Positions 45,875-55,230 of a stretch of 64,000 nucleotides of DNA are shown piece by piece. The DNA is from Candidatus Babelota bacterium (lineage in GTDB: Bacteria; Babelota; Babeliae; Babelales; Vermiphilaceae). The first letter of the stretch is position 1. Each line of letters starts with the position of its first letter. A program made the translations under genes and the position numbers. The notes beneath the pieces were generated by a model. The model saw nothing but the letters and a program-made list of their open reading frames with translations, was not told the DNA's origin and ran no database searches. The DNA is taken from positions 74,479 to 138,478 of the forward strand of contig JBMOLF010000015.1 in assembly GCA_049325595.1 (NCBI GenBank). The letters run 5' to 3'.

Positions 45875-47020
45875 ATGTTTAACAGAATTCTGAAATTACC
45901 TCTTGAAGGATCGAGTAGTATTTTCTTATTTGGGCCTCGAGGAACGGGTAAAACTTCATATATTAAAGCTATCATTCCTTCTGCTCTTTATTTTGATTTA
46001 TTAGATTTTTCAACCTATAGTTCTTTTTTGGCTAATCCAGGACGTTTAGAAACACTTATACCCCCAAATTACCGTGATTGGATAGTGATTGATGAGGTTC
46101 AACGAGTGCCAGAGTTGCTTAATGAGGTACACCGGTTAATTGAGCATAAAAAAATGAAATTTATTTTAACCGGTTCTAGTGCGCGTACTTTACGAAGAAG
46201 TGGCGTAAATCTTTTAGCTGGCCGAGCGCTTCGTTATACTATGCATCCGCTTACTATTCAAGAGATGCGCGATCAATTTGATTTGAAAAAAGCGGTTCAA
46301 TATGGTCTATTGCCTGCAGCGGTAAGTCATAGTGATCCTAAACGCTATTTAGAAAGTTATGTACAAACATACATACGAGAAGAAGTTCTTCAAGAAGGAC
46401 TTACCAGAAATATTGGGGCATTTACCCGCTTTTTAGAGATAGCAAGTTTTTCTCAGGGACAAGTGCTTAACGTTTCAGAAATATCCCGGGAAATGTCATT
46501 AAACAGGGTAGCAGTTGCTAATTACTTTGATATTTTAGAAGATTTATTGTTAAGTGTTCGAATTTCAGCATTTTCGCAACGAGCTAAGCGTAAAGTTATT
46601 GCTCACCAAAAATTCTATTTTTTTGATACCGGTGTTTATAATATTTTACGGCCTATGGGACCATTAGATTCTAAAGAAGAATCTGAAGGAGCTGCCTTAG
46701 AGACTTTATTTTTCCAATCACTGAGCGCAATTAATGACTATTATAATCTTGATTACAAGATTCATTTTTGGAGAACGCAGGATGGTCAGGAAGTAGATTT
46801 TGTAATCTACGGGCCACGTGGCTTTCATGCTTTTGAAATTAAACGATCTTCTACTATTACCAGCAAATCGCTCAAAGGACTTCTTGCATTTGGAGAAGAT
46901 TATCCTGAAGCAAAATTGCATATACTATTTCTTGGAAAACAAAAAGAATACCATGGCGCTATTACTGCAATTCCTTTTGAAGAAGCACTCAGAGAATTAC
47001 CCTTATTAATTGGTGGATAA
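45875..47020 (+). CDS. AAA+ ATPase with DUF4143-type C-terminal domain
   Basis: Walker A GPRGTGKTS and Walker B WIVIDEVQ. The C-terminal region (FWRTQDGQEVDFVI) is typical of the AAA_14/DUF4143 architecture. Confidence 0.7.
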   Translation: MFNRILKLPLEGSSSIFLFGPRGTGKTSYIKAIIPSALYFDLLDFSTYSSFLANPGRLETLIPPNYRDWIVIDEVQRVPELLNEVHRLIEHKKMKFILTGSSARTLRRSGVNLLAGRALRYTMHPLTIQEMRDQFDLKKAVQYGLLPAAVSHSDPKRYLESYVQTYIREEVLQEGLTRNIGAFTRFLEIASFSQGQVLNVSEISREMSLNRVAVANYFDILEDLLLSVRISAFSQRAKRKVIAHQKFYFFDTGVYNILRPMGPLDSKEESEGAALETLFFQSLSAINDYYNLDYKIHFWRTQDGQEVDFVIYGPRGFHAFEIKRSSTITSKSLKGLLAFGEDYPEAKLHILFLGKQKEYHGAITAIPFEEALRELPLLIGG

Positions 47021-47202
47021 TATAAGCCAAAAATGAGCAAGCTATTTATTAATTTTCTTTGTGTTAATTTTTTGTTCTTAATGTCGCCAATAAAATGTCT
47101 GCTTGAATTGATATTTTTTTGTTTTTTGTTATGCTGTGCATAAAGTAGTAGTGCCTAAAGCCAAAACAGAAAATTTCATCTACCTTAAATAAGGTTTGGC
47201 CT

Positions 47203-47721
47203 ATGAATAGCAAGCAATTTACTTTTGTCTTTTTAATTATGATGTTGTTTTTTTGGCAATCCTATGGAATGGGGTCTTTAAAACAAGTCTTTAATAAAAA
47301 AATTGCTCAATCAAATGTATCATTCTTTTTATCACATCCACGTATAGTTAGCACACAAGCACGACATCAACATCAAGAAAAAATAGAAAAAAAGAATCAC
47401 TTGCGTGCACAAGAATTACATGAGCTTAAAAACATTACGGTGCTTAAAAACGAGCAAAAAACAAAGATAAAAAAATCTGCTTTATGGGGATTTTCATCAT
47501 TTAATGGGTTAATGTACTCAGTTGGCTTTGCTTTAAACGCTGAATTGTTACAACCATTTCTTGGTAATACTTCAGACATAGTCTTAGGTGCGGCATGTTT
47601 TTCAGCATTTGCTGCGTATCATGCACGTTCTCACGCATCACAGGCCTTATATTATAAAAAATTAAAAAAGGCTCATCAGGACGATTTGCAAAAAATTCAA
47701 GAAGAGTTAAAAGTATTTTGA
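47203..47721 (+). CDS. hypothetical membrane or secreted protein
   Basis: 172 aa with an N-terminal signal and C-terminal hydrophobic segments. No recognised domain. Confidence 0.45.
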   Translation: MNSKQFTFVFLIMMLFFWQSYGMGSLKQVFNKKIAQSNVSFFLSHPRIVSTQARHQHQEKIEKKNHLRAQELHELKNITVLKNEQKTKIKKSALWGFSSFNGLMYSVGFALNAELLQPFLGNTSDIVLGAACFSAFAAYHARSHASQALYYKKLKKAHQDDLQKIQEELKVF

Positions 47722-47749
47722 TTTGAACACTAATTCTGGAATATTAATC

Positions 47750-48241
47750 ATGAAAATAGTACATTATCTTTTTTTAGCGTTAACTGTTATTACCATTCAT
47801 TCATCAGAAAATAAATATCATCAAAGTGATTATGAATATGCTTATAAAAAAGTATCACGCGAATATTTAAAACTTGCCGATTATTTTGCCAACAAAGCGA
47901 TCGATGCCTATTACCAGCCCGATATTGATATTGCCTACATCAAAGAGCTTAATAAACTTCGCTATCAATACCATTTACTTGCAATTGGCCTTGATCCAAA
48001 GCATGCTGCAAACTATAATGAGCTAGTGGAAGTTGCTTCATTGGATACGGCAATAGACTTTGAGTTGTTTACTGATACATTACATGGCAAAACATTAATT
48101 GAACACATCGCAGAAAAAACGCAATTACTCTGTAGGCATAATCAAGATGAGCTATGCGCAAATGCAAAAAAAACTCATGCAGCATTTAAGCAGTATATAC
48201 AGAATGTATTTGAAAAAATAAAACGCTATGAATCAGAATAG
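47750..48241 (+). CDS. secreted hypothetical protein
   Basis: ATG at 47750 gives MKIVHYLFLALTVITIHSSE (the track start at 47723 is TTG). Confidence 0.45.
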   Translation: MKIVHYLFLALTVITIHSSENKYHQSDYEYAYKKVSREYLKLADYFANKAIDAYYQPDIDIAYIKELNKLRYQYHLLAIGLDPKHAANYNELVEVASLDTAIDFELFTDTLHGKTLIEHIAEKTQLLCRHNQDELCANAKKTHAAFKQYIQNVFEKIKRYESE

Positions 48242-48253
48242 CGCTACGATATT

Positions 48254-48286
48254 AAAAAGGGCCTCTTTTTTAAGAGGCCTTTTTTT
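48254..48286. terminator. bidirectional terminator between convergent genes
   Basis: ggcctctt-tttt-aagaggcc flanked by A5 and T7 runs. Confidence 0.7.
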
Positions 48287-48287
48287 G

Positions 48288-48626
48288 TTAGTTAGTTTGA
48301 TTTTCTTTTATCGCATTTTTCAAATGTTCAAGAGGATAAGCTACCAATACCTCATGCTTTTCAAAAACTACAAAACATTCTGGTCTTAAAGTGCCAAGCT
48401 TGATCGATTCTGTTTCTAAATCTGCAATGCAAGATTCAATTTCAGAATTTTCATACGGTGTATTTTTTTGTAAAATAATCGGCTTTAAAGCTATTTCACG
48501 ATTATGATTAAAAGTAAAATCGTGCAATATAACTCTTTCAGTGCGATTATTAACAAAAGTTACTGCAGATGCAGAAGATATGGTTGCAAGTGTAGCCAAT
48601 GCAAACAATTTAAGTGTGCATTGCAT
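48288..48626 (-). CDS. secreted hypothetical protein
   Basis: 112 aa with signal peptide LFALATLATISSASA. Confidence 0.45.
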   Translation of the reverse strand: MQCTLKLFALATLATISSASAVTFVNNRTERVILHDFTFNHNREIALKPIILQKNTPYENSEIESCIADLETESIKLGTLRPECFVVFEKHEVLVAYPLEHLKNAIKENQTN

Positions 48627-48750
48627 ATAATTAACCTCCTATAAAACGTTAAAGATACTATTAACGAGAGTATCACTGAAATAGGAAATTGCAACTAAGT
48701 CAAATTTAAACTTATTAAATTATTTCTAATATAGGATAATTAGGATAATT

Positions 48751-49343
48751 ATGAATTCAACTACTTTAATTCTCATTCGCCATGGCCAGACAGATTGGAA
48801 CTTGGCAGGTAAATTGCAAGGACATGCAGATATTCCTTTGAATGCAAAAGGTATTGAGCAGGCCAAAAGAGTGGCACATTATCTTAAAGCAAAACAGGTA
48901 CCTATTACTGCATTATATTCTTCCGATTTGCAAAGAGCTCAACAAACGGCAGTGAAATAGCAGAACTCTTTTCTTTAAAGATTGTCGTTTCAGCTGATCT
49001 GCGTGAAGGGAACTTTGGTAAGTTACAAGGACTTACCAGGCAGGAAATGACTGATAAATATGGAATGCTCAATTATAAATATTTACCAGAATTTTTAGAT
49101 GTTGAGCCACGGCACCAAGTAATTGAACGTATTAAAAACTATCTTATTGCAATAGCTCAAAAACATAAAAATGAACAAATTGTTGTAGTAACACATGGAG
49201 CAGCCATGAGCTTATTGTTAGTTTCTTTAGGATATAATTTAGAAGAATTACCACCATTAACCAATGAATCGATTGTGACTGTTTTATGGCAAAATGATCA
49301 AGAAGATGATTTTATTTTTCAATCGATAGAGTATGTCAGCTAG
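48751..49343 (+). pseudogene. histidine phosphatase (phosphoglycerate mutase family), frameshifted
   Basis: ORF 1 has the catalytic LIRHGQTDWN and stops at 48958. The next frame continues the expected sequence IAELFSLKIVVSADLREGNFGKLQGLT... into ORF 2 (VVTHGAA). The break sits at an A3 run (GTGAAATAGC). Confidence 0.7.
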
Positions 49344-49515
49344 TGCTAGAGCATAGAGTTATGTAATAATTATTATATAATTTAAAATGGCAGATAGGAC
49401 TACCGCTTACAAATGAGCGCTCTTATAAGTTAAGTAATTGATAATCTGCTTATACTATTCTTTTGGTAGTAATGTTGTAATACAAAAATAGCCAACATAA
49501 TCGAGGTGCTTATTC

Positions 49516-49863
49516 ATGGTTAAATATCTTATCTTGCTTGGCATAATCAGCGGTATTTCTTGGACAATGGATCAAACTACTCTTAATAAGACAAGTGATG
49601 AATATACTAAAAAACTAGGTAAACAAATAAAGTGTTTTTTGCTCTCTCATAATACAAATATGCTTGATAACGGCACCCATTTAGAAAAGTTAATAACGAC
49701 TAATAAAGATTTTGACCAAGAGATAAATATTTTGCGTAAAAACAGCAAAACGAATTATTCATCTTTTATGTTACAAATAGATCTTAACGAATTTTGTAAT
49801 CGATGGAATTTAGGGCATATTCAGCTGGGTGAAGACTCTAGCGATGGAGAAGAAGGTTCATAA
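49516..49863 (+). CDS. secreted hypothetical protein
   Basis: 115 aa with a signal peptide ending WTM|D. Confidence 0.45.
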   Translation: MVKYLILLGIISGISWTMDQTTLNKTSDEYTKKLGKQIKCFLLSHNTNMLDNGTHLEKLITTNKDFDQEINILRKNSKTNYSSFMLQIDLNEFCNRWNLGHIQLGEDSSDGEEGS

Positions 49864-49898
49864 AAGAGCTCTTGATTTTAATCATCAAGAGCTCTTTT
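49862..49898. terminator. bidirectional terminator
   Basis: aaaagagctcttgat-tttaa-tcatcaagagctctttt, a 15-bp stem. Confidence 0.7.
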
Positions 49899-49904
49899 AT
49901 GATT

Positions 49905-50390
49905 TTAATTAAATTTGTTTTCTTCTACTTGTATAATCTCCTGTTCAATCGCATTTAATGTTTTATTTAATTCAGGAAATTCTTCTTGTGATGCATAAAT
50001 GTTACAGCGCACATGATTCATAAAATCAAGAATTTCAGTATGCTTTGCAGGATTATTGTGAATATAGCTTTTAAGCCATGCAATAGTTCCTGATGTATTA
50101 AGCATAATTGCTACCGGATACATTTCTGATTCATTATCGGTACTTATTTGCTCAACAATTAAACCAGCAGTTTTTTGATTAGATAATAAGAGCTGCCATG
50201 TATGATTAGTTTGCATTAGTTTAGAAATTTTTTTCTCTAAACGAATAGGATGATACGCAACCTTTTTTGTTATAGTATGAAGCTGGTTAATGTAGTCTTG
50301 ATTTACTACCAAATTTTGTCGCCCCGGATGCTGCTCCATAGCATTTGTTGCTAAAGTAGTAAGTACTATAGTTATTATTTGAATTTTCAT
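49905..50390 (-). CDS. secreted hypothetical protein
   Basis: ATG at 50390 gives MKIQIITIVLTTLATNAM|E. Confidence 0.45.
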   Translation of the reverse strand: MKIQIITIVLTTLATNAMEQHPGRQNLVVNQDYINQLHTITKKVAYHPIRLEKKISKLMQTNHTWQLLLSNQKTAGLIVEQISTDNESEMYPVAIMLNTSGTIAWLKSYIHNNPAKHTEILDFMNHVRCNIYASQEEFPELNKTLNAIEQEIIQVEENKFN

Positions 50391-50402
50391 AATTCTCAAC
50401 TT

Positions 50403-50663
50403 TTAAAAATTTTTATGGAATGAAGAACGAGTCAATTTTTGATGCGTGCTAGTTATTTGCTTTTCTTTGAGTGGGCTTTGAATTTTAGAAATGTCTGATG
50501 AAAGTTGCTCGTTAAGTAACGGCTGTTTAAAGCCTGTTAGCGCTTGGTGATAGAGTAACTGGAGAAAAAAGTTCGCCTTTGTGTGCTCAAAATTTTTATC
50601 CATGCCCCATAAAGCTGGTGTAATGAATAATACTCCTGCCGCAAAAATAATATTTTTTTTCAT
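50403..50663 (-). CDS. secreted hypothetical protein
   Basis: 86 aa with a signal peptide ending WGM|D. Confidence 0.4.
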   Translation of the reverse strand: MKKNIIFAAGVLFITPALWGMDKNFEHTKANFFLQLLYHQALTGFKQPLLNEQLSSDISKIQSPLKEKQITSTHQKLTRSSFHKNF

Positions 50664-50859
50664 GAAAAGCCCCTATGAGTTGTTTTTTATGTGTGCTGCT
50701 ACTGTTTTACCAGAATTAAAAAAAATGAGAACAGGTCGATTAAAAAATGTTTAAAAAAATTAATTGGTAACAACAGGAATAAACAAAGACTTTTTTATTT
50801 TCAGTTAATCAATGACCGTCTGCCCAGTAATGCCAACTTAATATTTCAAAACAAAATAT

Positions 50860-51510
50860 CTATTTTAAAATATGAGTATAATTAGGAATTTTTACTACAT
50901 AACCAACATATGGGCCTTCTAAATCAGTTGGTTGATCACCCACACATGCAACAATATCATATCCTTGGGATACTAACTGTGCTCGCTGGGATGATTTGTA
51001 TTGAATGGCTTTTAAATGCTTTTCATTATGTGATTTGCAAATTAAACGATCAAATTTAACATATCCATGCAATGCAAGATTTTGTATGGTTGCATCATAT
51101 AATTCTTCGCTTCTGCTTGTTAGAAAGAATATATGATAGTTATTGTTAGCACAGTAATCATACAATTGCTTTACTGCTACAATAGTTGGCGCATTTGCGC
51201 GAGTAACAAATTCATTAAATAAACGATCTCCGCAATAATCACAAAAATCTAACGTTTTTAAATGGTAAAAAGCTAATAATATCGTATCGTCAACATCAAA
51301 AATAATAGACTTTGAATCGCTGAAATTATCTTTGTTAGATTCTAAATAATCAATAGCTTGATCTATAATTTGTTTGCATTCTTGTTCAAAGGCGCCAGAT
51401 TCATAATGTTCAATTACCTGGTCCTTTGCTATGCGTAGATTAAGGGGTTGTGCAATGGTGAAGGGTGTAAAGAAAACAGAATAGATTAAATAAAACGCTA
51501 ATTTTTTCAT
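50860..51510 (-). CDS. secreted HAD-superfamily acid phosphatase (class B/plant-type, subfamily IIIB-like)
   Basis: Signal peptide, DxDxT motif IIFDVDDTIL, FLTSR, and GDQPTDLEG. Confidence 0.7.
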   Translation of the reverse strand: MKKLAFYLIYSVFFTPFTIAQPLNLRIAKDQVIEHYESGAFEQECKQIIDQAIDYLESNKDNFSDSKSIIFDVDDTILLAFYHLKTLDFCDYCGDRLFNEFVTRANAPTIVAVKQLYDYCANNNYHIFFLTSRSEELYDATIQNLALHGYVKFDRLICKSHNEKHLKAIQYKSSQRAQLVSQGYDIVACVGDQPTDLEGPYVGYVVKIPNYTHILK

Positions 51511-51637
51511 AATAAGCCCTCATTTTTTAATGCATTGGGTAAATAAGAACCTATGATAAATATAATAACATTCTTAAGCAAAAAAAATAAGGGAACTGGT
51601 CAAAAGCTCCCTATGATCGAATTGATAATTGGACTAT

Positions 51638-52534
51638 CTAACTATTAGATGCAAATTGTTTGTAGTATGACAATTTTGGTAAAATACTTTTAATTTCTTT
51701 GATCCGCTTGAAGGGTGCAAGAATTTCTTTTTTATTGTCAAAAAACTTCTGCTTTTTTTCATTTATATGATATAAGCATATGCGATTGTGAGCTTTTAAA
51801 TGTTGTTCGATTTGTTCTATTTCTTTTACCGATAAATAGCCATATTTGGTGATATCTTCTTTTCTTTTTTGCTCTCTTTTTTTTGTGTCGCTAGCGCATA
51901 CAAAGCAATTGGTGGCATATAGTCCTTCAGTGTCAGCGCGGTGCTCACAGTAATAACTATATTTTGCTGTATAATAGACCGATGATAATGCTATGATTAT
52001 TGTCGCTGCATCAATTACATCATGTTTGTTACAAAACGTTTTTGCGATTTGATTTCCTGCGGTAGCTATCAATGCCCATGTACCTAAAGCAACTACCTTA
52101 CTCGGTCCATCAGCGTATTTGATATGAACTGCTTCATGATGCAATACATGATTTCTTGAACCATAAGATTGATTATTGTATGAATTCTCATTAACGTAAA
52201 TACTACCGTTTGTAGCATGAACTAAACCAGCAAATTCTACATTATTAGCTCTTTTAATTGGTACCGTTAATTTAGGATGAGTTCCTAAATCAATTTGAGC
52301 TTGTTTGCCTAAATGTTGATATTCTGCCGATGCTGTTCCATGATTTATTCTGAGAATCTTACCTAATAACCAATCAAGGGGGCGAGCTAAATATTTTACT
52401 ACTTGTGCTGCATACGAATTAGTAAAATAAGCTTGAAATCGATCAAAGCGATTTGGTTTATACAAATCACTTGCTGTTGCATTGGCCATGCCCAAAGCAA
52501 GAACAATTCCTAATAATGCTGATTTAAACTGCAT
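51638..52534 (-). CDS. secreted M48-like HExxH metallopeptidase-like protein with C-terminal Cys/His cluster, paralog 1
   Basis: 298 aa with a signal peptide. HHEAVHIKY, then ~58 aa later EHRADTEG (compare HtpX HELSH...EYMADETG). Also CFVC and ICLYH. Confidence 0.55.
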   Translation of the reverse strand: MQFKSALLGIVLALGMANATASDLYKPNRFDRFQAYFTNSYAAQVVKYLARPLDWLLGKILRINHGTASAEYQHLGKQAQIDLGTHPKLTVPIKRANNVEFAGLVHATNGSIYVNENSYNNQSYGSRNHVLHHEAVHIKYADGPSKVVALGTWALIATAGNQIAKTFCNKHDVIDAATIIIALSSVYYTAKYSYYCEHRADTEGLYATNCFVCASDTKKREQKRKEDITKYGYLSVKEIEQIEQHLKAHNRICLYHINEKKQKFFDNKKEILAPFKRIKEIKSILPKLSYYKQFASNS

Positions 52535-52553
52535 ATAACCTCCACAGGCAGTA

Positions 52554-53585
52554 TTAATCTAATTTGGGGCACACATTCTTGATAATATTTTCAAGTGACT
52601 TACTAATAACTTCGGCGCTTTGTTTGGTGTATCCACCTGATAATGTCATGACTATGGGAATGTTATTTTTAATCGCAGATTCTATTACCAATTGATCTCG
52701 TATTATAACACCTTGCGCGGTTATGCTCATGCCGCCCAGAGGATCGCCAATTAAAATATCAGTTCCTGCATTGTATATGATAAGTTGTGGTTTGTGATTA
52801 GCAATTGCTTGGTCAACAGCAGTTTTTACTTTTTCTAAATATTCTGCATCTTCTGTTTTCCATTCGAGCGGTATACGGTATTGTACATCAAATTGAGTAA
52901 GATAATCATGGAATGTTGGATAATTATATTTGCCATACGAGTCAATCAACGCTACACGAGGATCGTTTCTTAATAGGGTTGAATTACCATTTCCTTGGTG
53001 AGCATCAAGGTCAATTATGACTACTTTAAGCTCAGGATGATTTTTCCAAAGTTTGTTAATAGCTAAAGGTATGTCAGCAAAGAAGCAAAATCCTTCGCCT
53101 TGATTTGCTTTAGCGTGGTGATATCCGCCAGAAAGGTTAAATGCTAACCCATGTTGCATTGCTAACTCAGCAGCTAAAATAGTTCCTGCTGTTGCATACT
53201 TCATAGGTTCTAATATTTTTTTTCGTAATAAAAAATTTGGCATAATTCGCAATAAGGGTACACCTGCTACTTGTGCAATCACATGAGAGTTTTTTAAGCT
53301 TTCTAAATAGGGTGATTTATGTATGGCAAGTAATTGCTCGTCCGTAATAATAGTTGGTGTATGAATAGCGCTCTTAGAAATAAGATTATTTTTGGTTAAA
53401 TAATTGAATGTTTTGCTGTATTTGTGAGTGTCAAAATAGTGCAAAATTTTTTCAAGCCCAAAAAATGAAATATCATAATTTTTATGATATATAATTTGTG
53501 GATTATATGAAAATGGTGACGAGTAGATATTTATTGCGCAGAAACTTGTTAGCAAAGCTAATAGTACGTATCTTTTTGTTATCAT
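52554..53585 (-). CDS. histone deacetylase-family (arginase/deacetylase fold) protein with signal peptide
   Basis: 343 aa. SGGYHHAKANQGEGFCFFADI and IIDLDAHQGNG are catalytic and zinc motifs. The N-terminal PQIIYHKNYDISF...HYFDTHKY resembles HDAC11-type enzymes. Confidence 0.85.
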   Translation of the reverse strand: MITKRYVLLALLTSFCAINIYSSPFSYNPQIIYHKNYDISFFGLEKILHYFDTHKYSKTFNYLTKNNLISKSAIHTPTIITDEQLLAIHKSPYLESLKNSHVIAQVAGVPLLRIMPNFLLRKKILEPMKYATAGTILAAELAMQHGLAFNLSGGYHHAKANQGEGFCFFADIPLAINKLWKNHPELKVVIIDLDAHQGNGNSTLLRNDPRVALIDSYGKYNYPTFHDYLTQFDVQYRIPLEWKTEDAEYLEKVKTAVDQAIANHKPQLIIYNAGTDILIGDPLGGMSITAQGVIIRDQLVIESAIKNNIPIVMTLSGGYTKQSAEVISKSLENIIKNVCPKLD

Positions 53586-53608
53586 AATTTTTTCCTTATC
53601 AATAACTC

Positions 53609-54160
53609 TTATCCAAAGCGATATTCCACAATAGTACCGTTTACTTGCTCACGTATGTTAAATATTTGATTGGTTTTTTTATCTTTACGGCATAATTGGT
53701 AATCGAACATATGGTTAGGTCTTTGCGTAATCAAAGCTTTATAATAAGAGTGTTTATACTCAAATCTTGAAGAAAGATTGGTTGTAGTTTCCCCATTTAG
53801 CAATTGATCTATTGTATCGTGAATTTGTTTTATAACTTCTTTAGTTTCTGCCAAAACCTCATTATTATAAGCACTATCTTCAATGCTTGGTGCTTTAATA
53901 GTATTGTTAGATGTTGCGGATGGAGTAGATGTTTTTTTGATGTATTTAATAAGACTTATCGCTGCAATTGTACCAATAGCGCCGCCTATTACAAGCTTGG
54001 GATTATTGGTAATTTTATTTAAAAGATAATCGCTCGATTGGCCAGCAATTTTTGATAGGGTGCTTAATGCCGTAGAAGCTTTATCCTGCCAACCGGCATG
54101 TGCGGACTGATTTGCAAGAAATAATCCGGCCATAAGAACAGATATAGTAAAAAATTTCAT
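53609..54160 (-). CDS. secreted or membrane hypothetical protein
   Basis: GGAGG lies upstream of the ATG at 54160 (MKFFTISVLMAGLFLANQSAHA). Internal Gly-zipper TM LVIGGAIGTIAAISLI. Confidence 0.45.
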   Translation of the reverse strand: MKFFTISVLMAGLFLANQSAHAGWQDKASTALSTLSKIAGQSSDYLLNKITNNPKLVIGGAIGTIAAISLIKYIKKTSTPSATSNNTIKAPSIEDSAYNNEVLAETKEVIKQIHDTIDQLLNGETTTNLSSRFEYKHSYYKALITQRPNHMFDYQLCRKDKKTNQIFNIREQVNGTIVEYRFG

Positions 54161-54425
54161 AAATAACCTCCAAAAATATATATCAATATAGACTACCAGT
54201 TTTGATATTTTTTTCAATTTGAATATAATTGCGGGTGTTTAAGGCTAATTATTTATGCTAAAATAATCCAGTTTTAATATATATAACTATGGAGAAGCAT
54301 GAGATACTTGTTTTTTGTTAAAAATGGTGCTTTAGGGTTATTGATACATTTTTTATAAAAAATTTAAGGTATTTTTCTAATTTATAAGAGAAGAGGAAGC
54401 AAATCCAACTTCCTCTTATGTAATC

Positions 54426-54464
54426 TTAGCTAATGTCAGCATCGATTGGGTTGTCAGATTTTTT
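54426..54464 (-). other. out-of-frame copy of the DnaK-type C-terminal tail (KKSDNPIDADIS-stop)
   Basis: Reads AAA AAA TCT GAC AAC CCA ATC GAT GCT GAC ATT AGC TAA in the +1 frame relative to ORF 54454-55230. The frames meet in an A6 run (54465-54470). Confidence 0.7.
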
Positions 54465-55230
54465 GCAAATGATGCATACAAAGACTATTTGTTTGCTTGA
54501 GCTTTTTTGCAATAGATTTTAATTCAGAATGTGAAGCATAACCGTACTCACTATGGTCGGTTGAGGCAGTAACATATTCCTTAAGGCAGTGGTAGCATTG
54601 TGTCGCATGTGCACCTTCTATATCAGCTCTATGTTCAGCATACCGGTGATATTTTTTCGACACAGCAATAGCTGTCAGTATTTCAGCGATGGAAGAAAAA
54701 AATTTTGTGCGTTTGTTTTGCGCAAATATTTTTGAAATAGTAAATCTGCTTGCATAATAACCGGAGAACCAACAGAGCAGCATGCTTATTGAATCATCAT
54801 ATTTATAATGAATTGCTTCATGATGCATGATAAATCTTTTGAACCCATAAAAGGGTGAGTATTGTAATGCTGTTTCATTTACGAAAATACCCTCTGAGTT
54901 AGTTAAAGCAACAGTCTCATAATTAAAAAATTTCTTTCTAAAATTTGATGTATAAGTAGTTTTTACCGGTGGTAAAGTAAGTAGTGGTCCATTAAGAGAT
55001 TGTTTAACTTCATTAGCAAGTTGCTGGTATTCTTCTGACGCAATCGAATCACTTAATCCCAGAGGTTTTTTTATAATTGTATGAACAACATGCATGAATT
55101 TTTTTATCGGAATTAATATTTTGGAATGTGCTAAATAAGTTTGGCATTTGTCAAATTGATTTGGCTCGTTACTAAAACAAACGTTAAAGAAAAATAATAA
55201 AGTGATTAATGAGAATTTTTTTATTTGCAT
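54454..55230 (-). CDS. secreted M48-like HExxH metallopeptidase-like protein, paralog 2
   Basis: 258 aa with a signal peptide, HHEAIHYKYDD, EHRADIEG, CYHC and LCMHH. The annotated stop lies inside the tail-encoding sequence. Confidence 0.55.
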   Translation of the reverse strand: MQIKKFSLITLLFFFNVCFSNEPNQFDKCQTYLAHSKILIPIKKFMHVVHTIIKKPLGLSDSIASEEYQQLANEVKQSLNGPLLTLPPVKTTYTSNFRKKFFNYETVALTNSEGIFVNETALQYSPFYGFKRFIMHHEAIHYKYDDSISMLLCWFSGYYASRFTISKIFAQNKRTKFFSSIAEILTAIAVSKKYHRYAEHRADIEGAHATQCYHCLKEYVTASTDHSEYGYASHSELKSIAKKLKQTNSLCMHHLQKI

